Source: Podarcis vaucheri (lineage: Eukaryota). From it: a DNA stretch of 64,000 nucleotides. Under the pieces are notes generated by a model, which was given only the letters and a program-made list of their open reading frames with translations, was not told where the DNA came from and made no database searches. Below, one piece after another: positions 38,159-50,599 of this stretch. A program made the translations under genes and the position numbers. The stretch lies in the NCBI GenBank assembly GCA_965113315.1, contig OZ220363.1; one strand, written 5' to 3'. Position 1 is the stretch's first letter. Every line of letters starts with the position of its first letter.

Positions 38159-39709
38159 TAAATGAATGAAGGTTCCCATGTTCCCTGGCAAATATTCAAA
38201 TGCAAGTAGATTGGAGGTGCCAGATTAATGTAAATCTAGAACTGAACCTGTGTCTGTGCATCCGTTTCTTCTTCAACAGAGGTCTTTCTAATTGTACTGT
38301 TGCACAAAAGTTTATTCTGCTGCGCATTCAGTTCTAGCTTAACATATCTTCTAATAGTGCAGTCCTATGCATGTCCCAGTGACTTGAATGGGACTCATTC
38401 CCAAGCGAGTGTGCATAGGATTGCAGCCTAAATTTGGGGAAATGTTCCAGCTTGGTACTTTCAAGATGCAGCTGGCCTCCACCTTAACTGCTGAGCTCCA
38501 AATGTATGCCAACAGAATTAACAATTAGACTAGCACAGGGAGCAAGTTCTATTCCGTATACACAAACTTTCTTTCCTTCAAAACATTTTTGCTATCTTCA
38601 TCCCTCTGGAGTACAGAACTTGCTTAGGATAAACTTGAATCTAATGAAACACTATTTATAGTGAGGTATGAAATGAAAGTCTTGGATAACTGCAGAGCAC
38701 TGTAGTATTTTGGCAGTAGTGAAACAGTTCTTGTAATGAAACTTCTGGAAGAGAGAGATGAATGAGGATGCATAATGGCTTGGGTCTGGTAATCTTACCA
38801 TTCTTAGTCAGTTGAAGGCTTTGCTGGAGCTGTGTGCATAATTCTGGGCCTGCTTCTCTTATATGCATGGGCTCACACTGAACAGCTTAAGCTGCCTTAT
38901 GCTAACTCAGCCCATCACACCCTCTGTTGGCTGACTGGCAACAGGTATCCAGGGTCTCAGGAAGAGGTATTTCACATTACCAACTCCCTGAGGTGTTTGG
39001 GTAGAAACTCGGGCCTTGAACATACAATGCATTGTGTTCTGCCAGTGAACAATGATTCTACTCACAAATTTCTCATCAGCTTGCAGTTAGGCTTATCACA
39101 CAATTCTGTTGGATGTCAGGGTAGAATTTAGGCCCGAATCAGACTTAATACAATCCATTGTTGCCCTGATCAAGCAGTGCCCAAGCCCAGTCTTCAATGA
39201 GCCCTTCTGATAAGTTCCAGATCAGTACCCTGTTTTGGAGTTGTGCACTGTGGTGGCATTGAAAGGCCTTGGGTTGTGTCTTCTGCCTCAAATGGATTTG
39301 TTGAGAACGTGGACTGAGTGGATCCAAGGCCAGCTCGAGAAAATTTCTACCTGAGGGGAAATAAAATTTGATGTTTCACCGTTTCATATTCAGAAGCTGA
39401 CCTGGCTGGCAGTTGTATCTTACTTCTGCGCTGGTGATGTGAACAGCATCTTACATGAGCCAGAGAATAGCAAGCTAGCTTAGTGGGTGCAGGGACAGGT
39501 CACATGACAAACACAGGTCCATCCTCCATCATATTGGTGCCACTTCCCCACACCAGAAACATCTGTTACCTGAGGCAGCCACTTCACTTTGCCAGTCTTG
39601 AGTGGATCCATGCAGAACTTGGCACACAGTGAAACCATCATGTAATTCCTTTGCCACACACCCACATAACCCCACACATGCCTTGTCATGCTTCAGTCCC
39701 CTTCTAGCA

Positions 39710-39895
39710 GTTATTAGTTCTTATTATCATTAATTAAATTTCTTGTTGTTATTGTTGTGATTATTTGTTAGTTGTAGTGAGTTAGTTGTTGTTAGCTATT
39801 ATTATTATTAATTAAATTTCTTGTTGCTAATTTTTTTATTAGTTAGTTGTTATTAGTTAGTTGTTGTTAGTTATTATTATTATTAATTGAATTTC
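39710..39895. repeat. Degenerate AT-rich tandem repeat (about 3 units of 75-80 bp)
   Basis: Recurring TTAGTTGTTGTTAG...TATTATTATTAATTAAATTTCT, next to a LINE/SINE-like tail. Confidence 0.6.
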
Positions 39896-40980
39896 TGCAC
39901 CACCCTTCATCCAAGGATCCCATGATGGTTTACAATATAAAAACACAGAAATACCGTACATATCATAATAACAAACAAAATTGTATTAAGGCACAGTAAA
40001 TATGGGATGAGTTTCATGCTGGATGTCTGGAGAAGCAACTAGAAAACTACACATCATAGTGCTTTACCAGATGTCATTCTGCACCGATTCATTCAGCTTG
40101 GTCAGTTCTTTGTGATTTGGCTTTTCCTTGGTGAATATCAGTTGACGCAATTATTTTTAGGGAATATGAAATACAAATTCATGCCAGCTGGCGATCTGGT
40201 CTTTTATTTAGAAGTGTAATATTATGCACAGCACTTTAAAAGAAATTAATCAGTTCCAAATCTGATTTACATTAAATATATATAATTCTAATTCTGTTAA
40301 TATAATGATGACAAATTGATGCAGTGATCTTGTTATTATGTGTGCGCACTGCAGAGTCAATTATTCCCTAATGCAGCACTGTATTAAAACAAGCAATGTG
40401 TATTAAATTAAAATCAGCATAATGTGAACCCAACATCAAGAGGATGCAAATGTTAACACAGCAAAATTGTTTAGCAAAAGCAAGCTCAGCCAGATCTCTT
40501 AGAATTCAGAAGCCTCCCATTCAGCGACCAGATTTTCCATAGGTTCTCCAGGTTAGTCCACAACAGGGCCCTGGTGCTTCAGTTTCCTGAGGAATGAAAG
40601 CAGCCACTTTTTATGCTCAGGGCCCATGCTGCAGAATAGCTTGCCGCCCATTCATAATTTTTATGGATTGTTCCTGTTTGGAGAGCTTTGTCCACAGTTA
40701 GAAGAAAATCAATGGTGTGCATACTTCTCTTCCAACTTATGCTGCCATGAGTTAGAATGCCTGAGAAATCTCAAAGGACAATAGTAAATTACTAATGATT
40801 AACATACTGAAAATAAGTTGTTTTTCAAAAACGTATAACCTTCATGCCCCCCGCCTAGATAGATATGCCCATGCACATATAAATATATATGAAATCTAAA
40901 CATAGCAGCTGCGGAGAGAGGAGAGGAGGCAGAAGCTTAGCTCAGAACCTGATGGGGTCACAGCAGTATAGAAATTAAAT

Positions 40981-41530
40981 CATAGAATCATAGAATCATA
41001 GAGTTGGAATAGACCACAAGGGCCATCGAGTCCAACCCCCTGCCAAGCAGGAAACCCATCAGAGCACTCCTGACATATGGTTGTCAAGCCTCTGCTTAAA
41101 GACCTCCAAAGCAGGAGACTCCACCACACTCCTTGGCAGCAAATTCCACTGTCAAACAGCTCTTACTGTCAGGAAGTTCTTCCTAATGTTTAGGTGGAAT
41201 CTTCTTTCTTGTAGTTTGGATCCATTGCTCCATGCCCGCTTCTCTGGAGCAGCAGAAAACAACCTTTCTCCCTCCTCTATGTGACATCCTTTTATATATT
41301 TGAACATGGCTATCATATCACCCCTTAACCTCCTCTTCTCCAGGCTAAACATGCCCAGCTCCCTTAGCCGTTCCTCATAAGGCATCGTTTCCAGGCCTTT
41401 GACCATTTTGGTGGCCCTCCTCTGGACACGTTCCAGTTTGTCAGTGTCCTTCTTGAACTGTGGTGCCCAGAACTGGACACAGTACTCCAGGTGAGGTCTG
41501 ACCAGAGCAGAATACAGTGGCACTATTACT
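40981..41530 (-). mobile_element. Young CR1 LINE 3' fragment
   Basis: Uninterrupted ORF 41152-41523 ([25 protein letters not shown]...[16 protein letters not shown]...NFLTVRAV). The (GATTCTAT)n tail appears as CATAGAAT repeats at 40981. Confidence 0.95.
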
Positions 41531-41631
41531 TCATCTTACTTGTCTTTCTTGCGGGAGAGAGGAAAGCGGTGTTTGTGCAGATCATGTAGTCAATTGCTCA
41601 CTAAATGGAATACAGCACCAAGCAAAATCAT

Positions 41632-42035
41632 CAGGGGTGGAGAACCTCCAGTCGACAGGCCAACTCTGACCCAGCACAGGTCCCAATTTGGCCCCTGAGG
41701 CCATTTCCCCATAACTCATATACCTGCCCCACTCCTGAGGTCTTACGGGGATGTATTCCTGTGAGGAGCTCAATCAGACAGCTAATTCCTGCAGAAAACA
41801 ACTTTGCCAGCCTTACACTCAACGCTTTGCTGGCAAAGTGCCTGTGCTACAATTCCCAAGCACCTGGCATCCAGCTGACTATCGGAAACTTGGAAAACAC
41901 AGCACAAGGGACTTAGACAAATGGGGCAACCCATTTGACGTCCTAATTTGTCCTGCCCACCTGTCAAAGCTGGACCACAGGGGTGGGGACAGATAACAAT
42001 CTGGCCTACTGGGTCAAAAGGGTTCCCAACCCCTG
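41632..42035. mobile_element. Degenerate hAT-type MITE
   Basis: Imperfect TIRs CAGGGGTGGAGAACC / GGTTCCCAACCCCTG. No clear TSD. Confidence 0.55.
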
Positions 42036-42669
42036 AAATGTGGAACCGGCTCGAAGAGAACTTGCCAAGAAATTTCAGGCAACTGCCGACCAAAGTTCAG
42101 AATTACTCACCCTCCTCAACCTCTGCTGCTGCAACGTGATAATAAGGAGTGATTGAATAATTGCCATTATTGTACAACCTCCAATCAAGTTATGAAGTCA
42201 CATTTCTTTTGAGTGAGAGTCAGGAGGCTCCATTAGTGGATCTGGAAGACAAGACTTGGCTGTCATTGCGGGGGAGAAGCTGACACATGCATCCTCCATA
42301 GAAGCAATATAGAAAGCTAGGGGATAAAAATAACCAGAGCTGCACAGAGGGATTAACACTTGTTTGCATTGCCACATAACTAATTTTGACACCTCCAACA
42401 CATTTGTTCAGCAGAAGAGGAATGAAGGGTGGCAGCTGGTGTGGGTGAAAAGCTCCATCAAACAGGGCTGTGCTGTAAGTTTCTCACTGGCAGATGCAAA
42501 GCCCAAGGCAGTTTAGTGGGAGTCAGTGGCTGGAGATGGCTCTCTCTGCAGGAAACCTCGTGCCCAAGTTGGAATACGGGGGCTTTTCTATTCAGTAGCT
42601 GCTTGGGTTACATTACACAGTCAGATGGATTGTACTGTTATCTGAAATGTGTCACCGGAGGTTAACATT

Positions 42670-43400
42670 ATTAAAAACAATCTACGGCCATTTCTGGACA
42701 TGGATAGCCTGGTTACAGCTACCCATGTGTTAGTAGCCTCCCAGCTGGATTATTGCAATGCGCTATGTATGGGGAAGGGACGCGGGTGGCGCTGTGGGTA
42801 AAACCTCAGCGCCTAGGACTTGCCGATCGTCAGGTCGGCGGTTCGAATCCCCGCGGTGGGGTGCGCTCCCGTCGTTTGGTCCCAGCAGTTCGAAAGCACC
42901 CCCGGGTGCAAGTAGACAAATAAGGACCGCTTACTAGCGGGAAGGTAAACGGCGTTCCGTGTGCTGTGCTGGCTCGCCAGATGCAGCTTGTCACGCTGGC
43001 CACGTGACCTGGAAGTGTCTGCGGACAGCGCTGGCTCCCGGCCTCTAGAGTGAGATGAGCGCACAACCCTAGAGTCTGGCAAGACTGGCCCATACAGGCA
43101 GGGGTACCTTTACCTTTACCTTTATGTATGGGGATGGTCCTTGAGGATGGTCCAGAGAGGGCAGCCAGAGTGCTAACTGACATATCTGCACAAGGCCATA
43201 TTACCCTGGTTCTCAAGGATCTGGACTGGCTGCCTGTCACTGGGTGAAATTCAAGCTGTTAATACTGAGGTCCAAAGCCCTAAATGGCTTAGGGCCTGGG
43301 TATTCAAAGGGGCATCTCTCCCCATATTATCTGGCCCAGGCTTTGAGGGCACTGCCATGTGGGCTCACCAGAGGGCTTCCTTGGCAAGAGCATCCCAAGG
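42670..43400 (+). mobile_element. L2 LINE fragment split by a Sauria SINE
   Basis: Translates RPFLDMDSLVTATHVLVASQLDYCNALCMG before the SINE and HITLVLKDLDWLPV...KALNGLGPGY after it. Confidence 0.8.
42777..43122 (+). mobile_element. Full-length Sauria SINE
   Basis: GGGACGCGGGTGGCGCTGTGG head, B box GGTTCGAATCC, (ACCTTT)n tail. 12-bp TSD TATGTATGGGGA at 42764-42775 and 43123-43134. Confidence 0.93.
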
Positions 43401-43739
43401 GACACCCTCCCCTCTGAGTTTTGGCTAGCAAAAACTTTCATTGGTTTTCTCCCCTGAATGAGCCATTTTGTGCCCAAGATATACTTGGCTGTGTATTGAG
43501 CGATATATTAAACAGATCAAGATGGCGGCATTTTAAATTATTATTTTTTTGCTGATTTTATTGTTTATTGAGTTTTACATTGTTGTGGCTTTCCCACAGC
43601 ACGTGAGGAGGGGATGGCCTACAAGTTCAGTCAGTCAGTCAATCATGCCACTCCTTAAACCCAGTGGATATCAGATGTATCTGTCTGGCCTTCTCAACAG
43701 GGGTTCCCCATCAGTTCTCTGTGGTCCTACCAATAGGTA

Positions 43740-43862
43740 TGGGGTGGGAAAACCTGTGGCCCTCCAAAGGCTGTTGGACTCCCATTAGCCCCAACCAGCA
43801 TGACCAGTGATGGGAGCTGTAGTCTAAGAACATCTGGAAGGTTACAGGTATCCCCACCCCTG
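43740..43862. mobile_element. Short squamate hAT-type MITE
   Basis: Ends GGGGTGGGAAAACCTG / CAGGTATCCCCACCCCTG with an internal GGGAGCTGTAGTC motif. Confidence 0.6.
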
Positions 43863-45811
43863 TGTTAGGTCTTCTTTTACAGCCCTCTGAGCACCCAGTT
43901 CTCTGTACCTTGCATGCCTTCATTCTCTCAGCCTTCATTCTCAGGCACTTCAGAGGCCTTGGATTCAGGCTCTAGTAGCACCAGTAATGGAAAGGTTTCC
44001 AAGTAGCAGGCCTGAGAACCACCGACAGTGATCAGTGGCAATCCAGGGCTAGAGGGATCATCCAGTTGTTTAGTGTGAGGCAGATCCTGTTCCTAGCAAT
44101 AGTGACAGCTGTGGAGAAAAGAGAGCAGTGCTAAGGGAGTAATGTGTAGGGGCTGGAGCACTGGCTTCAGAGCCAACCCAAGACATTTTGCTGCCTAAGG
44201 CAAAATGCAAGATGGCACCTCTCCCCATTTCATGTACGAAAGTCAACCAGACCAGGAGACACTGGTTAAGGGACAGCACCTTCCACTGCCCCTGAACGCA
44301 ATAAGACTACAGCAAGGCAGGACATGCAGCACCCTCCCCGCCCATCAGTATCTGCTGCCTGAGGCAACTGCCTCATTCTGCCTCATGGTAGGGCCACCTC
44401 TGCCTGTATCTTTCACAATGAGCCTCTGCTCTTCTATCCCTTTCCCTCCCGTTGTTGAAATTGAATTCTTCCTTTTAAACTTTGCTTATAGGGCTGCTGG
44501 GCGCACAGTGCTGGTGAATCCCTAGCTATCCACCACCTTACTTTGCCCAGAGATATCTAGACAGTTACATCAGAGTGCACGTGTTTGCTTCATGGGTGTG
44601 TGCCCCAGGTTCCTTAAGTACACAGCAACACCCTGATGATGTGTACCCTTCTCAACCATCACCAGCACAAAATACATGGCAAGCCACCAATACTGTGATA
44701 AAGCATGGAGTCTCCTATTGAAATATTGCATATCAAAGAATCACAGAGGCCGTTTATACAGGCATCCCACCCCCACCCCACCCCCACTTTCCTTCATGCA
44801 AACACGCCCAAATATGTTTCTGCACACCAAAGAAAGGAAATGTGTGAAATGGCACCAATGCACACAAGCAAGCAATTTCTATGATCATGGATGGTCCAAA
44901 AAATGGCAGCTGTGATTATAGAAATTGCTGCTGAGTATGATCACAGGGCAATTACACAAAGTAAAACATCTAGGGAAATGCCTGAGTGAATCAGCCCTTG
45001 CTGGGTAGCTATAAATGTAAACCTCCACGCAGCCCATGTGGTCTGGGTGACTTCTGCACTCTTCATTGTCTATCCTCCATTCTTCATGCATTGTGCCCCT
45101 TTACATTAGGAATCCTTGTATGCCAATATAAACAGCTCCAGGTCGGACACAGGGCCAAGCAAAATGTGGCAAGAGCAGCCCTGTTTGTTCATGTAGAAAG
45201 CAATGTGTGAGGGTCTAATGCTAATGTCAGCTGAAACCTTCCTACTCTTACCTCCCCACGGTCCATCGCCCCAGATGCATTCCCCTCCACCTGGCTTACT
45301 TCCAACACTGGAACTGGGCTAGGAGCTGCAGTGACAGATCTTGAGATGGTTAGGTGCTTGCTGGGTTCAGGTCTCCTTACCTATACATCCTTGATGATGC
45401 AAAAAAAATGAACATACACGCCCAATTTATATATGAATGGGCCATAGACACATATTAAAAAAAAATGCTCGCTCAAGTTTAACCCTTAAGGTTGGAGGGA
45501 TCGGATGTGATGTAAATGAGCAGGCTGAACAAAGATAAATGTGGAAGACAGACAAGGGAGGAATGTGGAGGGTGTGGGAAGAATGAGGGTTGAAGTGGAG
45601 GTAGGGGAAGTTGTGACTGGTAAAGCTTTAAAAGGGCAGAGGAGAAACGAAAAGGGGGGGCAGGGAAATAAAGGACCAGAGGGTCAAGTGGAACCAGCAT
45701 TTGATGGAGGAGTTGCAACCAGGAGGTTTCCATTCATTGGAGACAAGTCTTGAACGAAGGTCCCTCCTCCTGCTTTCTGACCTGTGTGATTTGTTTCCTC
45801 CTCCCCCCTAG

Positions 45812-45916
45812 ATCTACCTGTCATGGAAGAGTGGCCCAGGCGAAGTGAAGCACTGGAAGGATATGATTTCACACCCCCGGCAGGCTGTGGCACAGTGGCA
45901 CCAGCTGAAGGCCTGA
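45812..45916 (+). CDS. SYT7: Synaptotagmin-7 terminal coding exon
   Basis: Acceptor is ctccccccctag|ATC. Translates [37 protein letters not shown], with the synaptotagmin C-terminal WHxL motif. This frame is not in the ORF track. Confidence 0.97.
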   Translation: MYLSWKSGPGEVKHWKDMISHPRQAVAQWHQLKA

Positions 45917-46215
45917 GAGGCAGGAGCCGAGGACTCGCTCTGGGTTTCAGTGCACCAAGTCAACATTTACTGGCCACACTCTCACTACTACTTTATGCAC
46001 AACGGCTGCACCCTGGTCTCCCCCAGGGGGGGAAAAGCTTGGGAATGACCACAGGCTAAGGGAGCGAACCTGAAACATGTACTAAACTCTGGGAAAGTGG
46101 TATCAGTGCCCAATGTGCTGGCTCAGCAGCGCAGAGCATCACAAGGAGCACCATTAATACCCAACCTCCTGCTTTAGCCTTTCCATCAGACTCCTTACGT
46201 AGAAAGAACGAGAGG

Positions 46216-46247
<32 letters not shown>

Positions 46248-48381
46248 CCAGAGCAGAGCAGCCCTCCAGCTGAAGGTGGCCTCAGCACTGATTTGTTTGG
46301 ATTCACAGTGTAGCAATGGCACAATGGGAGGAGAGGGGTCCGCTACTGCCATACAAGACTTCCTATGAGTTCTTCCAGCCAAAGGCCCATTGGGATGGTG
46401 CCCTACTCCGCCATAAGAAAGCTAACCCCATCCAGCGGCTGCACTGGCCTGAGAGGGGGCACTGCAAGGAGATCCCTTGCTCTGTTTCCATGAGGTGGTT
46501 TCGTTATCATTCAATAAAACTTGTAAGAGTAATAAGAATAATATAAATAATAATGCTGGCTAGACCTTTTCCTAGCCAGGCCTCTCTGCAAAGGGGAGAG
46601 GAGCCACGAAGCTCCCCTAGCCCCCGTGTGTGTGTGTGTGTGTGTGTGTGTTGTGTGTTGTAACTATGCGTGCAGGGCATTCGTGTGTCACTTGTGTTCT
46701 CTTTCTCTCGCTCAGCCCTAGACAATTTGTTTCTCTGAGGGGCTTGATTCACTGCCCAGCAGGAATTGAGGGGAAGCTTATGCCATGTGGAAAAGGAGGG
46801 GAGCAACAGATTTTGGAGCTTTGATTGAGAGCAGAGAGGAAAGGAGGCCATTTCTTAACCATGCTGGAAGCCATGAAACACATGCCACAAGCTAGAGTGT
46901 GTGTGGTTGTAACATTTGGGAGAGCCTAGCTTTTAACTGCCCCTTTTGTTTGGCAGAGGCAAAGGAGACATGCTGAGCAGTCCTGAATTTTTTTGGGGGG
47001 GGGTCAGGGCGGGGGCCATTCAAACTGATCCCTCTCAACATCCCAATGTGCTTGTCACAAATGGCCCCAAGCAACCATCCTACTTTAATGATGCCTCCCC
47101 ATTTTCTCTCCTCCACTCAGCCAGCCACATGCACCCTAACCCACCACCGTCTCTCTTGGATTCCAAAGCTTGTTTTCACTCAGTGTGCAGCCCTTCCCTT
47201 GGAAACCAGCAAACACACAACTGTGCAATTTCTAGTTAATTAGCCACCCACTTTCTGTACCCTTCTGCAGCTATGTTAAAAGAGTTTGCCTAGAAACTGA
47301 CTTCTCTCATTTGCATTCACACACCCCAAATATAGGTTGCATCAAGAGGATTAGTGCCCATGATGTAGAAGGGTGTGATTTTTCAGTGAAACCAGTACTT
47401 CCCGGAAGTGGCGTTGAGGAATTGACTTTATGATAGCAAAACAACCCAGCTCTCTAGTTAAAAGTCTTGGCTTGTCCACGCAGTAACTCCAACTTAAATC
47501 TTGGGTTTCTATTTGTCTTTGATGAAATGTTTCATCTCTTCTCTGCTTTTTATTCTTCATTGCCTGATAGGGGAGCAGGGAAAAGTCAACTCTCCCAGAC
47601 ATTCGGTCAAAATGGCAAAGAGACCCTCTCAAGGCTTCATAGGTGAGAGCAGGGACTAAGGGGCACTGACAAGAAAGATTTGTGTCTGATTCCAGTGGAT
47701 CTTTATCTCAGTCTTCCCACATTTTTCCTGCAAACAGAGAACAAGGATTAATCTGCACAACCCTTTTTGAATGTGTTAAAGGCAACATGTTTTATTTCAG
47801 TTACTTGGGAAACACTTTTGGGTTAATCTTTTGAATATATTGACACGTGTTCTAACCCATTGCATCCTGTGGAGAAGCAATAATCTGAAAGCAAGTCAAG
47901 CCAGTTCTCCAGGCCACTTCTCACAAGCACTCTGCACAGCTTTTCTTCTCCCCACCCCAAAGGCTAGAATGTGCCATCAAAGATGGTCATCTGCATGATT
48001 CAGTATGAGTGTGCAGGTCAGTCTTGCACCACGCTGCAGACCCTCCGTGCGTAGGAGGTGAGCAGTGATGTGAATGTGACAAACCATTCATATAATCCAT
48101 TTGCCATTTCCAAGGCTCAAGCTGCAAGGGGGAAATGATGCTGGGGTAGATAAGGCAGAATGGTTTTGTGGAGACGGAGCCTCAGTCTGAACACATATTG
48201 AAATATTTGCAGCAGCTATTCGACAGAGCAAAAACCACTCGTAAGACAATTCATTTTGGCTTTGAGGTGTCCTAGGTGATTGTGTGCAGGGCTGGCGCAG
48301 GACATTTTGTTGCCTGAGGCTTAGGACAAGATGGCAGCTCCCTGCATTCAACATCCAGATGCTGGCTAGCCCAGTGGCTGA

Positions 48382-48383
<2 letters not shown>

Positions 48384-48430
<47 letters not shown>

Positions 48431-48436
48431 TATATA
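48384..48436. repeat. (TA)n microsatellite
   Basis: Read directly. Confidence 0.95.
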
Positions 48437-48689
48437 TTTCACAATTAAACATTATCATCACATAAGTATAAAAGAATAAACCACAAAAAAGAAAATAGAA
48501 AATAAAACATTTCCACACAATATTAAACCCACATTTTGGGGTTACTCAGATCCCTCGACTTCCCTCTAGCCACGGCTGAGTCTTAATTCAGCACCAGGGA
48601 TTGGACAGTGTCCTTCACCATACCAGAGGCAGCAAGCTAGTTGCGAAGGGGGCAGGACATGCCATGTAACATAAACAGCTCTGTCTTCC

Positions 48690-49800
48690 AACGTAGGAAA
48701 ATGGCCAGTTTTAATATGTTTCACCTCCATTTGTTTAGAAGCTGCTACCTTCAAAAGCAGTCTAATGGTGCATCTCACTACAGATGCAAAAACCTCATTG
48801 TAGTCCTCTGCATACTTTTGCGAGTAACAAGTCTTGCTTTGTAGCATTCAACTTCCCGTTCTGTGCCCTGCTTTACCTTGCACACCCACTTGCTTCCAAT
48901 TGTCTTCTTCCTGGGGGGCATCTTGATTAAAGTCCAGGTTTGGTTCTGGTGCAGGGCATCCATCTCCATGCACCTTCCTTCCATAGACGGGCTTCAGCGG
49001 CTGCTACCTGCTCCATCTCTTCCCAGGTGGAAGGTTTCATGGGGTGATGCCGGCTTGTGATGGAGGACAGTTGCAGAGTTGGAATAGCTTTCTTGGGTCT
49101 CAATGAGCACCTGACCTCTGTCTCTGGAGTCACTTCATCTTCCTCATCACCAAGTGCAGGCATCTCATCATCAGTCTCCTCCCCTGTGGGAGCGCTGCTG
49201 CTTGGACTCTACTCCTCTGCTTCTCCTTGCTGCTCATCATTTGTGCTAAGTGGTGTGACAGTAGAAAACAGATCTGGACATCAATTGAGGAAAGTACTTG
49301 TGGGCTTGTGTTTCTTCCTCTGACTCCTCAGAAAAATCTATCTCTTGTCAGCTTTCCTGTGCTCATCAAAATGAACCGCATGTCTTGTGCTGACCTTTCC
49401 AGTATTCAAGTTCATCACTTTGTAATATCTGCCTCCAATACCATATCCAAACATAATTGCCTGTTCCTCTCTAGAGTCTTAACTTGTCCCTGTTCTCCAT
49501 GGGTACATAGGCATAGGCAATGCTGCCAAACACAGATTTGTGTGATATGTTTGGTACACTTCCATGCTCAAAAGGTGTGCGTTCAGCTCCCTTGGTTGGC
49601 AGACTGTTCTAGAGAGCCATCTTCTTCTCTCTCAATTTGAACATCAAAGTAGTAAGAAACATTTCTGAGTTCCTTTATCTCTGCTGCTTTGCCCATCAAT
49701 CTCCCCAGGTGCCTCCACTTTATTTCATCCACAGTTTTAACAAAAATGGCATTGCGAGCCTGTTCTCTAATTGACAGAAAGCTGGAACTGAGACATTTTC
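48690..49800 (-). mobile_element. Ty1/copia LTR-retrotransposon pol remnant (integrase C-terminus and RT), frameshifted
   Basis: RT start: ALHQNQTWTLIKMPPRKKTIGSKWVCKVK...YKARLV and YSQKYAEDYNEVFASVVRCTIRLLLKVAA. Integrase tail: NSLPTKGAERTPFE...VFGSIAYAYVP...FGYG...VHFDE. Confidence 0.85.
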
Positions 49801-49849
49801 TGGCCTCATACAATCAAGTGAAAGCCTGAAATGAGGGACAGCTTAAGGA

Positions 49850-50370
49850 AAACAGGATTCATGTGGATATAGATATTTTCACATTCTTCTTAAACAATCA
49901 GCTGAGAATTTATAGATTTAGGCAGATAACTTTGAAAAATGAATATGGAAATGAAAAGACCTCATATATATCGAATGATTACTCATATGGGAGAAGATAG
50001 ATTGTGTTATGGGAAGCAGTGATTGGGGTAACTATCTCAAGAGACACCCAGAAATATATAGGCAATTCAGAGGAATTACGGTCAATGTGGCATTTAACCC
50101 CACTTAGAATAGCTAGAATTTATGATACCAGTAATGATGACTGTTGGAAATGCAGCTCAGTTACAGCATATAATTTCCACTATTTGTGGAACTGCCCTGA
50201 AGCAAAAACAATACCAGCAGGAAATGGTATCTAATATAAGAAGCATGTTGAAACAACCTGTTCAGCTAGACTCAAAATTACTCCTATTAACTTATTTGAA
50301 AGACACAGTCCTTAAAGGCAGGGAGAAACTGTTGTTTAATACAATTCTATTCTAATATTATATGAAGTGC
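49850..50370 (+). mobile_element. L1/Tx1-clade LINE ORF2 C-terminal fragment
   Basis: Translates WHLTPLRIARIY...CWKC...HYLWNCP, the zf-RVT CCHC motif. Confidence 0.75.
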
Positions 50371-50384
50371 TACATAATATAATA

Positions 50385-50599
50385 CAGTGGTACCTCGGGT
50401 TATGAATTTAATTCATTCTGGAGGTCCGTTCTTAACCCGAAACCGTTCTTAACCTGAGGCGCGCTTTCACTAATGGGGCCTGCTGCCACCGCCGCATGAT
50501 TTTCATTCTTATCCTGGGGCAAAGTTCGCAACCTGGAGCAACTACTTCCGGGTTAGCGGAGTTTGTAACCCGAAGGGTTTGTAACCCGAGGTACCACTG
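50385..50599. mobile_element. Tc1/mariner (Tigger-like) MITE
   Basis: TA flanks and perfect TIRs CAGTGGTACCTCGGGTTA / TAACCCGAGGTACCACTG. Confidence 0.88.

Noticed and set aside
41152-41523. Clean 123-aa ORF as a host gene
   Set aside because: It is the C-terminal end of CR1 ORF2 in a 5'-truncated copy.
42777-42860. tRNA-like sequence with A and B boxes (also 12054-12130)
   Set aside because: These are SINE heads continuous with a SINE body and tail, not tRNA genes.
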